In this document: piece after piece, positions 1 through 17,370 of the stretch
How positions within the stretch are numbered: the first letter of the stretch is position 1
Layout of the letters: the number at the start of each line of letters is the position of its first letter
Origin: Eledone cirrhosa
Lineage: Eukaryota
NCBI GenBank assembly: GCA_964016885.1
Contig: OZ024763.1
Coordinates: forward strand, 21,204,001-21,268,000
Length of the DNA stretch: 64,000 bases
Direction of reading: 5' to 3'
Position numbers and translations under genes: made by a program
The notes under the pieces: model-generated
What the model saw: the letters and a program-made list of their open reading frames with translations, nothing else
Database searches by the model: none
Told to the model about the DNA's origin: nothing

Positions 1-129
1 AGATCTGAAACTACTTCGCTTTTCCTTATTCGATATTTACTCCGTCACTCCTATGTGGAAAAAGTACGTTGAGTGCTTGAATTGAATTGCATCAATGTTT
101 ACCCTAATATATATATAATATATATATAT

Positions 130-469
130 CATCATTTTCATCATTTCCTTTTACGTCCGCTTTTCCCTGCTAGCAAGGGTGGGACGGGAACTGATTCTGG
201 CTTGATTTCTACAGCTGGATGCCCTTCCTAACACCAACCTCATTTACAGTGAGTGCTGGGTGCTTTTATGCCGTGGCACCTCCACGACCACTTTGCAGTG
301 GAATGATATGGACCCCTGTCCCTATCATCTCGTTTCTACAGCTGAGTAAACTGGAGCAATGTGAAATAAAGTGTCTTGCTCAAGGAAACAACACATCACC
401 CGGTCTGAGAATTGAACTCACAACCTTTCGATTGCAAGGCCAATGCTCTAACCACTAAGCCATGTGCCT

Positions 470-472
<3 letters not shown>
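130..472 (-). mobile_element. tRNA-derived SINE, local family A (MetaSINE-like core, RTE-type tail)
   Basis: Minus strand: head GGAGGCACATGGCTTAGTGG (A box)...GAGTTCAATTC (B box), core GTGTTGTTTCCTTGAGCAAGACACTTT...TTGCTCCAG, tail CCCTTGCTAGCAGGGAAAAGCGGACGTAAAA + ATG repeats. Several copies in the window. Confidence 0.85.
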
Positions 473-2223
<1,751 letters not shown>

Positions 2224-3268
2224 ATCATCATCATCATCATCACCGTTTTACGTCCGTTCTTCCATGCTAGCATGGGTTAGACGGTTTGTCCTGTTGTGGG
2301 CAGTGTCTGGTCGGCTGACCATGCCTTGCTCATACAGGAACTGATTTGGCTTGATTTCTACAGCTGGATGCCCTTCCTAACACCAACCTCATTTACAGTG
2401 AGTGCTGGGTGCTTTTTCGTGGCACCTACACGTCCACTTTACAGTGTGGGCTGGGTGCTTTTTTGCCGTGGCACCTCCACGACCACCTTGCAGTGGGAGG
2501 GTGTGGGGGCATATTGTCTATATGCTTCAGCTTGTACCCATGGGAGGTCTGGTACTCTGTATTACTGCGTGACGCCAGAGGTCACGGTCGTGTGTCATCG
2601 CCTTTGAGAGGTGTAATTGGGTAAGGTCGGCTTTTATCACCTCATCCCAGGTCTTCTTGGGTCTGCCCACTCCGCGGTTTCCATCAACTTCTAGTGCTCT
2701 GCACCTTTTTATGCAGCTGTGATCCTTCATACGCATCATATCTCCATACCAACGCAACCGCCTCTCCTGCACACAACATTTGATTCCTCTTATGCTCAGT
2801 CTCTCTCTCAATTCATTTATGCTTTGTCGTTTGCGTATATTACTATTACACATCCATCGGAGCATGCAGGCTTCGTTTCTCTCTAATCTACGTAAGTCTT
2901 CCACCTTTAGCGCCCAGGTCTCACTACCATGCAACATCGCTGTTCGGATACACGCATCATACAGTCTGCCTTTCATTTTGAGGGAGAAGCCTTTTGCAGC
3001 TAGCAGTGGTAGTAGTTCCCTAAACTTCTTCCATCCCGTTCTTACCCTAGTTATTGTACTTTCTGAACACCCACCTCCGCTGCTAATTCGGTCACCTAGG
3101 TAGCAGAAGCTGTCTACTGTTTCTACAGAGCCCTCCCAGAGATTGGTGGTACTTGTTTCCTGTGGCTGTTTGCTGCTTGCTGTCGCAGCATAGCTGCTGC
3201 ATGTGAAGCCTACATTCTTAATTAAGCTTCCTGAGATCCCGCTACATCTCTTGTGTACCCATTGTTTG
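2224..3268 (-). mobile_element. 5'-truncated RTE-clade LINE (local family 1) with 3' UTR and (ATG)n tail
   Basis: Reads WVHKRCSGI...[15 protein letters not shown]...[17 protein letters not shown]...RRLRWYG...GRPKKTW, stop at 2527, then ~300 bp UTR and tail. Confidence 0.9.
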
Positions 3269-4172
<904 letters not shown>

Positions 4173-4482
4173 ATACTCTAATGATTCTTTTGCCAAAATA
4201 AGACCTATTGATTACAAATGAGTAAAGCTCTAATTTTTTCTCACCTTTGAAGTAGTATCTATATGAATGCATATCACACCCACAAGACCACCACTACATA
4301 TATATATATATACATATATACACACACATATATATATGCATACATGCGCACACACATATATATGCATACACACACACATACATCCATACATCTATATAAA
4401 TACACACACACACATATATCTATAGAGAGAGAGAGATATGTATATATATAACTATACACACTTACTCATGTACAACATATGC

Positions 4483-4519
<37 letters not shown>

Positions 4520-4763
4520 TAAACTAACATATATACAGGTCTATATTCATTTAACCTTTTGTCACTCACTTGACTCATGGTTTTCTACTTTAACATGATG
4601 TCATATCCCCCCCCATTTATATATTTCTTCAATACTATTTGCTGACAAGTCGATATGAACATAACCAGGTGTAAATCTGCTTTCAATATGATTAGATATC
4701 AATGTTTAATTGTTTTCACTTAACTCATATCTTGGTTGAACATGAATGCGAAAGTAGGCTTGT

Positions 4764-5915
4764 CAGAGATTGATCTCAGTAAAGACTGATCTCAACAGTG
4801 ACTGATCTCAGTAGAGACTGATCTCAACTGTGACTGATCTCAACAGAGACAGATCTCAACTGTGACTGATCTCAGTAAAGACTGATCTCAACAGTGACTG
4901 ATCTCAAGAGAGATTGATCTCAACAGTGACTGATCTCAGTAGAGACTGATCTCAGTAGAGACTGATCTCAACAGAGACTGATCTCAGTAGAGACTGATCT
5001 CAACTGTGACTGATCTCAACAGAGACTGATCTCAGCAGTGACTGATCTCAGTAAAGACTGATGTCAACAGTGACTGATCTCACTAGAGACTGATCTCACT
5101 AGAGACTGATCTCAACAGTGACTTATCTCAGTAAAGACTGATCTCAACAGTGACTGATCTCAACAGTGACTGATCTCACTAGAGACTGATCTCAACAGTG
5201 ACTTATCTCAGTAAAGACTGATGTCAACAGTGACTGATCTCACTAGAGACTGATCTCAACAGTGACTGATCTCACTAGAGACTGATCTCAACAGTGACTT
5301 ATCTCAGTAAAGACTGATCTCAACAGTGACTGATCTCAACAGTGACTGATCTCACTAGAGACTGATCTCAACAGTGACTGATCTCAGTAAAGACTGATCT
5401 CAACAGTGACTTATCTCACTAGAGACTGATCTCAACAGTGACTGATCTCACTAGAGACTGATCTCAACAGTGACTTATCTCAGTAAAGACTGATGTCAAC
5501 AGTGACTGATCTCACTAGAGACTGATCTCAACAGTGACTTATCTCAGTAAAGACTGATCTCAACAGTGACTGATCTCAACAGTGACTGATCTCACTAGAG
5601 ACTGATCTCAACAGTGACTGATCTCAGTAAAGACTGATCTCAACAGTGACTTATCTCACTAGAGACTGATCTCAACAGTGACTGATCTCACTAGAGACTG
5701 ATCTCAACAGTGACTTATCTCAGTAAAGACTGATGTCAACAGTGACTGATCTCACTAGAGACTGATCTCAACAGTGACTTATCTCAGTAAAGACTGATCT
5801 CAACAGTGACTGATCTCAACAGTGACTGATCTCACTAAAGACTGATCTCACTAAAGACTGATCTCAACAGTGACTTATCTCACTAGAGACTGATTTCAAC
5901 AGTAACTTATCTCAA
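4764..5915. repeat. 16-bp minisatellite (ACTGATCTCAACAGTG / ACTGATCTCAGTAGAG), ~72 units, 240-bp higher-order repeat
   Basis: Unit read directly; the 60-bp lines starting at 5281, 5521 and 5761 are identical. Confidence 0.95.
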
Positions 5916-5939
5916 TAAATAAATAATAAAGAAAGCATT

Positions 5940-6705
5940 ATGATGGACCTCTCTGTCGTTTCTGATGACGGAGTGGTCCAAGTGAAGCAGTCAATGGTTG
6001 GGGACCTCTGATGTTTGTGATGAAGGAGGTCTCCAGTTAATGTAGTCAATGGTTGGACCAATACAGTTTCTGTCAAAGCGTGCCCCAACTTCGTCTCTGA
6101 TAATGAGTGCCCCAGTTAATGTAGTCAATCATTGGACCACTGCTGTTTCTCAAAGATGGTTCCAGTTGATAGAAGTAATGGTCAGGAGCTTCTGTCTTTT
6201 CTGCTGGCAATGGAGTAGTCCAGTTGATACCGTCAGTGGTTGGAATTCTGTCATTTCTGACAACAAGTGCTTCAGTTGATGTGGTCAATGGTTGGACATC
6301 TATCATTTCTGATGGTGAATGACACAGCCAATCGTAGGACCACTGTCATCTCTGATGTAGTCAGTGGTTGAACTACAGCAGTTTCTCACAAGTGATGCAG
6401 TTGATGCCATCAATGGTTCAGAACTACCGTCATTTCTGACAAGGAGTGCTCCAGTTGACCCAGCCAATGGTTGGACCACCTTGAACCACCGTCATATCTG
6501 ACAAGGAGTGCTCCAGTTGACCCAACCAATGGTAGGATCACAATCATTTCTAATGATGTGTACTCTAGTTGATGCAGCTTGCTCATGAAATTAACGTTCA
6601 TGTAGCTGAGCATTCCACAGGCACTCATACCCATAACATAGTTCTCAGGAGATTTAACAGAACAAAGTGTGCATGACAAGGACTAGCCCTTTGAATTGCA
6701 GGTAA
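5940..6705. repeat. Degenerate ~55-bp tandem repeat running into a probable SINE fragment
   Basis: About 10 copies of CCAGTTGAT...CAATGGTTGGACC...TTTCTGA, followed by GCTCATGAAATTAACG...CCCTTTGAATTGCAGGTA, which resembles an octopus SINE body from recall only. Confidence 0.6.
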
Positions 6706-6707
6706 TA

Positions 6708-7290
6708 TAGAAATATGGTAATGAAATGGTTGAAGTGTTTATATTTATCTAAAAACCTTCCATCATAATTTTATGTAAGAACTTTTGTTAAGTTGTGTTC
6801 CAAACACCCACTGTCTTTCATTAGAAATATGGTAACAAAATGGTTAAAGTGTTTATATTTATCTAAAAACCTTCCATCATAATTTTAAGTAAGAACCTTT
6901 GTTAAGTTATGTTCCAAACACCAGCTTAGTAATAAGAAAGTTAGATATATTGATAAATCCCTCAAAATTCTTGATTATTTTCAAAATAATTTCAAAACCA
7001 TTGACAGTGTCTATCAATAGAAACATGGTAATGAAATCGTTAAAGTGTTTATATTTACCAAATTCAACATTCTATCCAGTTTTCTAACAACCCTGCCAAT
7101 CTAGCTAAGTGTTTGTATTTATATAAAAAACTTCCATCATAAGAACCTTTGTAAAGCTGTTTCAAACATCAGTCTAACAGTGCGAAAGTTAGTTTAATCC
7201 TCTTTAAATGTTTGACTATTTTCAAAATGATTTTAAAATCATAAGCAATGACTTTTATTAGAGATACGGCAATGAAATGGTTAAGCAGAA
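6708..7290. repeat. Degenerate local duplications
   Basis: AGAAATATGGTAATGAAATGGTT...GTGTTTATATTTA recurs near 6708, 6823, 7019 and 7260. Confidence 0.6.
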
Positions 7291-7735
7291 AAAAGATAAA
7301 ATGTTCTGTAATCCAAACAAATTGGTTGATGATATTAAAACATTATGTACAGTTGCAGACAGATTTATAGTAAGTAATAGGCTATTGCATGTCTTTCTTC
7401 TACCTATTTATTACGATATATTTAATGTCAGTTTACTTAAGATTATAAAAGAGTAGCTCATAGACATTCTCCATTCACCCAGCTTCTTTTTATTCCTTTT
7501 TCGTTACTATTTATTATTTACCATCTTATGTAAAGATAGGTTGTTTAATAGACTAGTATTAATTCAGTATTAATAGTAACCACCAGAATAACAGCAGCAC
7601 ATAGGTAGGTGTATATTTAGAAATATTGAATTAATTTACTTGCTGTATGGAGTAGTTAAAATAATGATGCTTTAATCAAAAGCAGTCAACTATACAATAG
7701 ACCAATCTCTCTATCTATATATATCTATATATCTG

Positions 7736-7862
<127 letters not shown>

Positions 7863-7941
7863 TATTTATAAAAAACACCAAAGAATCAATGCATTTTCAA
7901 ACTAACACACATTTCAGTCGACAAAACTTCAATACTCAATT

Positions 7942-8210
7942 TCATCATCATCATCATCATCATACGTCCATCTTCCACGCTAGCATGGGTTGGACGGGTT
8001 TGTCCCACTTGAAGGGTATCTGTGTCTTGTTCATATAGAACTGTTTCTGGTAGGTTTTCTACGGCTGGATGCCCTTCCTAAAACCAACCACATTTACAGT
8101 GTGGACTGGGAGCCTTTTTACCGTGTCTCCTACATGACCACCTTACAGTCTGGACTGCGCGCTTTTTGTTGTGACACCTACATGACCACCTTACAGTGTG
8201 GACTGGGTGT
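7942..8210 (-). mobile_element. RTE/SINE 3' end with 2-3 copies of the 48-bp module
   Basis: (CAT)n, CCACGCTAGCATGGGTTGGACGG, CTGGATGCCCTTCCTAA and repeated ACCTACATGACCACCTTACAG. Confidence 0.75.
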
Positions 8211-8308
8211 TATATATATATATATATATAAAATTTGCTTTATATATGTGTGTACTGGCATTGATAAATATGCTGGGTCCGTCAACCCTTATTATATATA
8301 TATATATA

Positions 8309-8669
8309 TTGTTTCCTTGAGCAGGACACTTTATTTCACATTGCTCCAGTTTACTCAGCTGTAGAAATGAGATGATAGGACTGGTGTCCCTATCATTCCA
8401 CTGCAAAGTGGTCGTGAAGGTGCCACGGCAAAAAAGCACCCAGCCCACACTGTAAAGTGGACGTGTAGGCGCCATGGAAAGAAAGCACCCACCACTCACT
8501 GTAAAGTGGACGTGTAGGCGCCATGGAAAAAAGCCCCCAGCACTCACTGTAAATGAGGTTGGTGTTAGGAAGGGCATCCAGCTGTAGAAATCAAGCCAGA
8601 ATCAGTTCCCGTCCCAACCTTGCAAGCAGGGAAAAGTGGACGTAAAATGATGATGATGATGATGATGAT
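8309..8669 (+). mobile_element. SINE family A, 5'-truncated
   Basis: Begins at core TTGTTTCCTTGAGCAGGACAC and ends in GGACGTAAAA(TGA)n. Confidence 0.85.
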
Positions 8670-8837
8670 ATATATATATATAATTCCAATTTAAAAGATA
8701 TATTTAGAGAGAGAGAAAGAGACATATATCATTTGAAAATCATTTATTGATGTTCTGAACTAAGAGAAACAGGATCATCATACACATTAAATATATTTTG
8801 ATATCTTAACAGTGTGTGTATATATATATATATATAT

Positions 8838-9508
8838 ATCATCATCATCATCATCATCGTTTAACGTCCGTGTTCCATGCTTGCATGGGTTTGGACGGGA
8901 GTTTTCCCACTTGAGGCAAGAGTGGTTGTCTTGCTCGCATAGGACTGTCTGGCGGGTTTTCTACAGCTGGATGCCCTTCCTAAGACCAACCACATTTACA
9001 GTGAGGGACTGGGAGGTTTTTACCGTGTTGCCTACACGGTCACATTACAGCATGGACTGTGTGTTTTTTTGTCGTGACACCTACACGATCTCATTTGTTT
9101 CGGCCTGGATTTTGTGGCACCAACATAACTTTACATTGAAAGGGGCGGTGTGGATGGGGTGGGGGTGGTGGGACGGGGATCTATTTTGTTAGAGATGCCT
9201 ACTGACTGTGGTAGGTTTTACTTTGTATTTAGGTAAGGCGGGTCTTCTCTATTACTGAGTACCGCCAAAGCTCTCGGTCCAGTGACATTGTCTTGGAGAG
9301 GTGTAAGTGTGTGAGGTCGGAATTTATCAGCTCGTCCCAGGTTTTTCTGGGTCTGCCTACTCCGTGGCTACCGTCTATCTTTATTGCCCTGCACTTTGCT
9401 ATACAGCTGTCGTCTTTCATGCGCATCACGTGACCATACCAACGTAGCCTTCTCTCGAGTAAACAACATCTGATCCCTCTTATTTCTAATTTTTTCCTTA
9501 GTTCGTTT
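8838..9508 (-). mobile_element. RTE LINE 3' fragment (local family 2)
   Basis: RT C-terminus ...GRPRKTWDELINSDL...EKTRLT*, UTR and tail; near-identical to 46380-47165. Confidence 0.9.
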
Positions 9509-9565
9509 ATATATATATATATATTTATTTATATATATATATATATATTTATTTATATATATATA

Positions 9566-9661
<96 letters not shown>

Positions 9662-10018
9662 TACAAGATGTTACCAGTTGAGACTAGTAAGAACATATTC
9701 AGCTAAGACTTGCTGGTATTCAATAGATGGTGGATTAAGTCTGCCATCGAAGAACAGAAACTGTTACTTTGACAGGCCCACACACAGTTTCCATCTACCA
9801 AATTTCAACCACAAACCTTTGGTCAACCCAAGGCTATATATTGTAGAATGCAATAGATTGAAATTCAGCTGATATTTTGTACAGCTCAATCAACTACATA
9901 TATATTTTGCCTTGGGCTTTAATGGACACAAGCCTATTGTAAAATCCAATGATTTGAGCGATATTTTGTTAGTTTTTGTGCAATCAACTACATATATGTG
10001 GCCTTGGGCTTAGGTTAA

Positions 10019-10292
10019 CCCTTTGGCATTTACATTACATTATATATACTATTGTATTTTCACAGTAAAGGCTTTATCTTACATAATATCTCACATAACA
10101 TTTACATTACATTATATATACTATTGTATTTTCACAGTAAAGGCTTTATCTTACATAATATCGAATCAATGAGATTTTGATATTATTTATTTTGAGAACA
10201 ATACCTTAACATCAGTGACCACTTAGGGCTGGTTTGAACAGAAAGAGGTGAGAGAATTCTGACCGGATACGGCTGGTTTAAACGCTAAAGGG
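10019..10292. mobile_element. piggyBac-like MITE with TTAA target-site duplication
   Basis: TTAA|CCCTTTGGCATTT...AAACGCTAAAGGG|TTAA; related copy at 52965-53389. Confidence 0.75.
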
Positions 10293-10395
10293 TTAAACCA
10301 AGACCTATTGTAGAATGCAATGATTTGGGCAAGATTTTGTTGGTATTTTGTACTGGTCAATCAATTACAAATATATATATGTGTATATATATATA

Positions 10396-10863
<468 letters not shown>

Positions 10864-12189
10864 CCTTGGGCTTAGGTTAATCAAACCTATTATAGAATGT
10901 GATTGTGATTATTTGAGCAAGAGTTCTCTGATATTTTGTACTGGTCAAGCAACTACATATATGTTGCCTTGGCTTGTGTTTGACCAAGTAGGCAGTACTC
11001 ATGCACTTAATGCCACAGGAATTTCTATATTTCTTCTCAGTGCACAATAGTTGAGTGGATTGTCTTAATCTCTCAAACAACTGTTTCACTGAGTTCTAGT
11101 GGAAGAACACCGTAGACCACTTTAACCTAGAAATAAGAAATAATGGTAAGAGCCATATACACTTCCCATTTGGTATCTATCACAGTGACCTTTAAAGGTT
11201 AAAGAAATAAGTTTAACTGTCTTTCTTTCTATCTTGTTTAATATCTAACCTGCTAAAGAACAGAAGCCTTCTAGTTCACTTGATTGTCACTCCATTACGA
11301 AATGGGAAAAAATATGAACATAGAAACAATACTTTGAATTACATAAACATAAATATTTTGTAAAATAATTCTTATTGGGCAAAGACATTAGTTTGATTTA
11401 TATGTTGATGATATCAAAATATAAACAGTATATATATATATATATATATATATCATCATCATCATCATTATCGTTTAATGTCCATCTTCCACGCTAGCAT
11501 GGGTTAGGTGGTTTTGTTCCATTTGATGCGGGAATGGTTGGGAGACCATGTCTCGCTTGCACGGATGCGTCTCTGGCAGGTTTTTTACAGCTGGATGCCT
11601 TTCCTAACAATATATATATATATATAGGGTGGGTAAAATTTCTGAGATTGTTAAACTGCTCCTTGACAGTGTAGTTAGGGGCTCTGACCTTAGTGCTGTT
11701 AAATCGACTCTCCATGATTCTTTTCAATGGCTAGTAATACCTTACCAACATCACTCAAAAAAGGTAATTATTTAACCCATAAACGGGGCTCTAACAGGTA
11801 CTACTACTCCAAGCCAGAGCAGACCTGGGAGTGATAACAACTAAGGGGTAACTCCACATCCCCCACAGCCCCTGAACTCCCGAACTGGAACCTTGCCACT
11901 GGATGTAGTTTAATGTCATATATATATATAAAAACAAGATGTGTAAGTCAACAGGTTAAAATTAACTTTGTTTATTCATAGTCACTGTTATATATATTTT
12001 GGTGATAACCATTATGCAATAGCTATGACCTAATCAGACAGCTAGAAGTTGAACAGAAAAAAACTTAAAAACATAATGATGGAACAAAGTTTACCTCTGT
12101 TATTTTGATCTTTTGATATGCCCAGTGCTCAAGTATTGTGTTATTTTTTCAAAACACTGGTGGCATATATATATATGGAACAAAACCAT

Positions 12190-12420
12190 GTAACCCATGG
12201 TAGCGTGGAAGATGGACGTTAAACGATGATGATGATGATATGTATCATCCTCATTATCATCATTTTACGCCTGCTTTTCCTTGCTTGCAAAGGTGGGATG
12301 GGTCCTTTTCAGCACATCATCTCTCCATTCGTCACGGTCCTTTGTCATCTCCCTCTGAGCTTCAGCTATCTGAAGTCACCTCTCACCACCTCCACCCATG
12401 TTTTTCGTCGTCTTTCTTCC
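12190..12420. mobile_element. Two tail-to-tail RTE 3'-end fragments
   Basis: Plus-strand tail ending (GAT)n at ~12240, then a minus-strand family-3 RT end. Confidence 0.7.
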
Positions 12421-12549
12421 ATATATAAATATACATACATACATATGTATATATATATGTATGTAAAAGGTAAACAGAAATAATAACACAATCGGTACAG
12501 TATATGGAAGGAATATATTAGGTGAACGCTTGATATAGCAGGAAGAGGG

Positions 12550-12585
12550 TATTAATGTTTCGGACGCTAGTCCTTCATCAAAAGA
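12550..12585 (-). ncRNA. Degenerate minimal hammerhead-like motif (Penelope type)
   Basis: tTGATGA-aGGAC-TAGC-GTCC-GAAAC-att; C3 and the CG of the helix III palindrome are mutated. Confidence 0.45.
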
Positions 12586-12704
12586 AAGAATGAGAAATAA
12601 GATAGATTGAGGGGACACACTCTCACATATATATATATATATATATATATAAACATATATGGTGCATTATGGTCCATCTGGTTCCTTACCACAACTCCTC
12701 CGTT

Positions 12705-12750
<46 letters not shown>

Positions 12751-12799
12751 TATGATTGGTGCTCTGAAATAGCGATGTATACATGAATGTATGTTTAGT

Positions 12800-13300
12800 A
12801 TCATCATCATCATCATCAGGTTTAGCGTCCGTGTTCCACGCTTGCATGGGTTTGGACGGGGGTTTTCCCCACTTGAGGCAAGCGTGGTTGTCTTGCTCGC
12901 ATAGGACTGTCTGGCGGGTTTTCTACAGTTGGATGCCCTTCCTAACACCAACCAAATTTACAGTGTGGGGCTGGGAGGTTTTTACCGTGTTGCCTACACG
13001 GCCACATTACAGCGTGGACTGTCTGGCGGGTTTTCTACAGCTGGATGCCCTTCCTAACACCAACCACATTTACAGTGTGGGGCTGGGAGGTTTTTACCGT
13101 GTTGCCTACACGGTCACATTTACAGCGTGGACTGTGTGTTTTTTTTGTCGTGACACCTACACGATCTCATTTGTTTCGGCCTGGATGTTGTGGGACCAAC
13201 ATAACTTTACACTGAAAGGGGCGGTGTGGATGGGGTGGAGGTGGTGGGACGGGGGTGTGTTTTGATAGAGATGCCTACTGACTGTAGTAGGTTTTTACTT
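12800..13300 (-). mobile_element. RTE family 2 3' UTR with internal duplication
   Basis: Matches 46380-46880. Confidence 0.85.
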
Positions 13301-13744
13301 TTAGTATATTTGGCAATATACCGTATGTTTAATTGAAACCATTTTGAAGACCTTGCGTTATCATTTTTAAAGTTGTGACTATGTCATTTACTTCTTTTTT
13401 CAACAAAAGAAGGGAGAGGAGCTGACAGATTCTGTTTCACGCTGTTGGCGATCCTCAGTACATCGTACTCCCCATACACACACACATACATACCAAGCTG
13501 CAGATTATACACTTTCGAGCAATAACTCATCGAAGATACCTTGCTTTATCTATTTCCTTTGTGTTAATCTTTATTTAGTTTTTTCCAGAGCAAGTGAGGA
13601 GGAGGAGTTTGCTCTCAGCAGACAATTCCCTCCTCTTTGCTTCCACACCTGACCAGCTTACCAATATTTCTATCTCGCTCTATAAGAAATCAATTTGCTA
13701 TCATGTTTTTTCCTTTCTTCCAAACAGAATACAAATAATTGCTG

Positions 13745-14350
<606 letters not shown>

Positions 14351-14451
14351 TATAGAGTAAAGCATGTCCAGAGAATTATTTGGTAATATATATACATCAT
14401 CTTTTGCAAAAACACATATATAACTGTGACTTTGTTTAATTGGTGTATGTG

Positions 14452-14488
<37 letters not shown>

Positions 14489-14599
14489 TGCTGACGAAGA
14501 ATATATATATATATTCTGCTTTTACCTAACTCGTCCCATGGACTGAGTGTTCTACCACTACGTATATTACCTTCCAGTGTTCTACCACTATATATATAT

Positions 14600-15110
14600 T
14601 CTGCTGACGAAGAAGGGTTTCTCCCTGTGTACAAAAGGCTGGTTATATGATGTCTGTGTGAGGAGCGCGATGCTGCATGGTAGTGAGACATGGGCAGCTA
14701 CCGCAGAAGATATGCGACGGCTGGAGAGAAATGAGGCAAGCATGCTCCGTTGGATGTGCAGTGTAAATGTACGTGAAGGACCCAGCATGGATGGGTTGAG
14801 AGAGAAACTGTGTCTGAGAGGGATAGAATGTAGTGTGCGGGAGAGGAGACTGCGGTGGTATGGACATGTGATACGCATGGAGGATGACCGATGGGTGAAG
14901 AAGTGCCAGGAAATGCCAGTTGAAGGAAGACGTGGTAGAGGTAGATCACGAAAAACATGGGCGGAGGTGGTGAGAACAGACCTGAGATCACTGAAGCTCA
15001 CGGTGGAGACGACGAAGGACCGTGACAAATGGGGAGATGCTGTGCTGAATAAGACCTGTCCCACCCTTGCAAGCAGGGAAAAGCGGACGTAAAATGATGA
15101 TGATGATGAT
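14600..15110 (+). mobile_element. RTE LINE 3' fragment (local family 3)
   Basis: LLTKKGFSL...LHGSETW...RRLRWYGHV...ASREKRT* directly followed by (ATG)n. Confidence 0.9.
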
Positions 15111-15252
15111 ATACACACACACGCACACACATATATATTTATATCTAAAAGAAGACAACAATATATATATATAATCAATTGTCCCCGATTATCCTGTTAT
15201 GGATTATGTTGTGAGAGTCACCATTTCCCTGGTTGTTCTAGAACAACACATC

Positions 15253-15265
15253 CAATATGGCGGCA
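15253..15265 (+). promoter_or_regulatory. YY1-like motif CAATATGGCGGC
   Basis: Matches the AANATGGCGGC consensus in a non-repeat island; no gene is linked to it. Confidence 0.3.
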
Positions 15266-15673
15266 GGGTTTACTGAATAGAAATTAATTTTCTGAAAGGC
15301 TCAACAGAGAACCTATTGAATACTTCCCAATATTTCCACTTCAATGGATTCCATTTATTAACTTAACTTATTTATTGAAAAATCATTATATATCTTTATT
15401 TCTGTTGTTGATATATTTGGCATTTTGATGTCATTTTTACACACAAGTAGTCACACATATAAACACATACAAACACATACACACATACATAATTGTTTCT
15501 ACTTTAGGCACAAGGCCAGCAATTACCCAGTGCATTACTGGTACTTTATTTTATCGACCCCATACATAATGTGTTTGAGTTTGTGCATGTAGAAGCCATT
15601 TCTCTATTGATAATTATATATATATATAATAACTAACATAATTGCAAACAAATCGAATATTCGAAAAACTAAG

Positions 15674-15706
<33 letters not shown>

Positions 15707-15730
15707 GTACACATATATATATATATATAT

Positions 15731-16470
15731 ATGGGTACACAAGAGATGTAGCGGGATAGCAGGCAAACTAACAGGTAGGGAGAAATATGTATGCAGTAGA
15801 TGTACAGGGAAATTAGACAGTAGAAGTCGCATTGATAGACACATTTTTCAGATGCAGGAGGGCGCTATAGAAGTGGGGATAGCTTCCGGAACCTTGGAGA
15901 TCAGATTAGCATGGGAGGAGGGTGTTCCAAGGCCATAGTATCTAGAATAAGGACGGATTGGAAGAAGTTTAGGGAGCTGCTTCCTCTGTTGACGAAGAAG
16001 GGTTTCTCCCTGCGTACGAAAGGCCGGTTGTATGATGCCTGTGTGAGGAGCGCGATACTGCATGGTAGTGAGACATGGGCGACGGCTGGAGAGAAATGAG
16101 GCAAGCATGCTCCGTTGGATGTGCAGTGTAAATGTGCGTGAACGACCCAGCATAAATGTGTTGAGAGAGACACTGTGTCTGAGAGGGATAGAATGTAGTG
16201 TATGGGAGAGGAGACTGAGCTGGTATGGACATGGGATGCGCATGGAGGATGACCAATGGGTGAAGAAGTGCCAGGAACTGCCAGTTGAAGGAAGACGTGG
16301 TAGAGGTAGAGCACGAAAAACATGGGCGGAGGTGGTGAGAACAGACCTCAGATCATTGAAGCTCACGGTGGAGATGACGAAGGACCGTGACGAGTGGAGA
16401 GATGCTGTGCTGAATAAGACCCGTCCCACCCTTGCAAGCAGGGAAAAGCGGACGTAAAATGATGATGATG
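15731..16470 (+). mobile_element. RTE LINE 3' fragment (family 3), frameshifted
   Basis: [13 protein letters not shown]...CSRC, then GGGCSKAIVSRIR...HGSETW and RLERNEAS...ASREKRT* spread over three frames. Confidence 0.9.
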
Positions 16471-16607
16471 AAAAAATGATGATGATATATATATATATAT
16501 ATACATATTATATATATATATATGTGTGTGTGTGTGTGGATTTGTGAGAAATCATCATGATTTCTTACAAGTGAAACAGTCTTTTTCATGTAGAAGTCAT
16601 TTCTATA

Positions 16608-16638
<31 letters not shown>

Positions 16639-16699
16639 CATACATATATATAGGTATTCCGTCTAACCCATGCTAGCATGAATAAAAGACGTTAAATAA

Positions 16700-16886
16700 T
16701 AATTTCTACTTTAGGCACAAGGCCAGCAATTACCCAGTGCATTACTGGTACTTTATTTTATCGACCCCGTAAAGATGAAAGGCAAAGTCAACCTCGGCGG
16801 GATTTGAACTCAAATCGTAAAGGGACGTAACTATGCTGGAAAGCATGGCTTCCGACCCTCTACCGATACTGCCAATCCACCGCCCT
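16700..16886 (-). mobile_element. tRNA-derived SINE, local family B
   Basis: GGCGGTGGATTGGCAGTATCGGTAGAG...GAGTTCAAATCC, core GACTTTGCCTTTCATC...GGGGTCGATAAAATAAAGTACCAG. Confidence 0.85.
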
Positions 16887-17117
16887 AAAAGACGTTAAAT
16901 AATGATGATGATATATATATATATATGTATATATATATATTTGTATACAATATGGTCTACCTTTTGTGGTAGCGTCTATACCATAGTTAGAACTCAATGT
17001 AATCCGTTAGCAAGTAGTTCAGTGAGATCCAGAGATAGGTTCCGTGTTTCGCTGAATCAGTCTTTCATAGACATACATACATACATATATATATACATAC
17101 GTACGTGTGTATATATA

Positions 17118-17370
17118 TCGTGTAGGTGTCACGACAAAAAAACACACAGTCCACGCTGTAAATGTGGCCGTGTAGGCAACACGGTAAAAACCTCCCAGCC
17201 CCACACTGTAAATGTGGTTGGTGTTAGGAAGGGCATCCAGCTGTAGAAAACCCGCCAGACAGTCCTATGCGAGCAAGACAATCACTCTTGCCTCAAGTGG
17301 GAAAACCCCCGTCCAAACCCATGCAAGCGTGGAACACGGACGCTAAACCTGATGATGATGATGATGATGA
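17118..17370 (+). mobile_element. RTE family 2 3' UTR/tail
   Basis: Reverse-complement match to 12800-13160. Confidence 0.8.
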
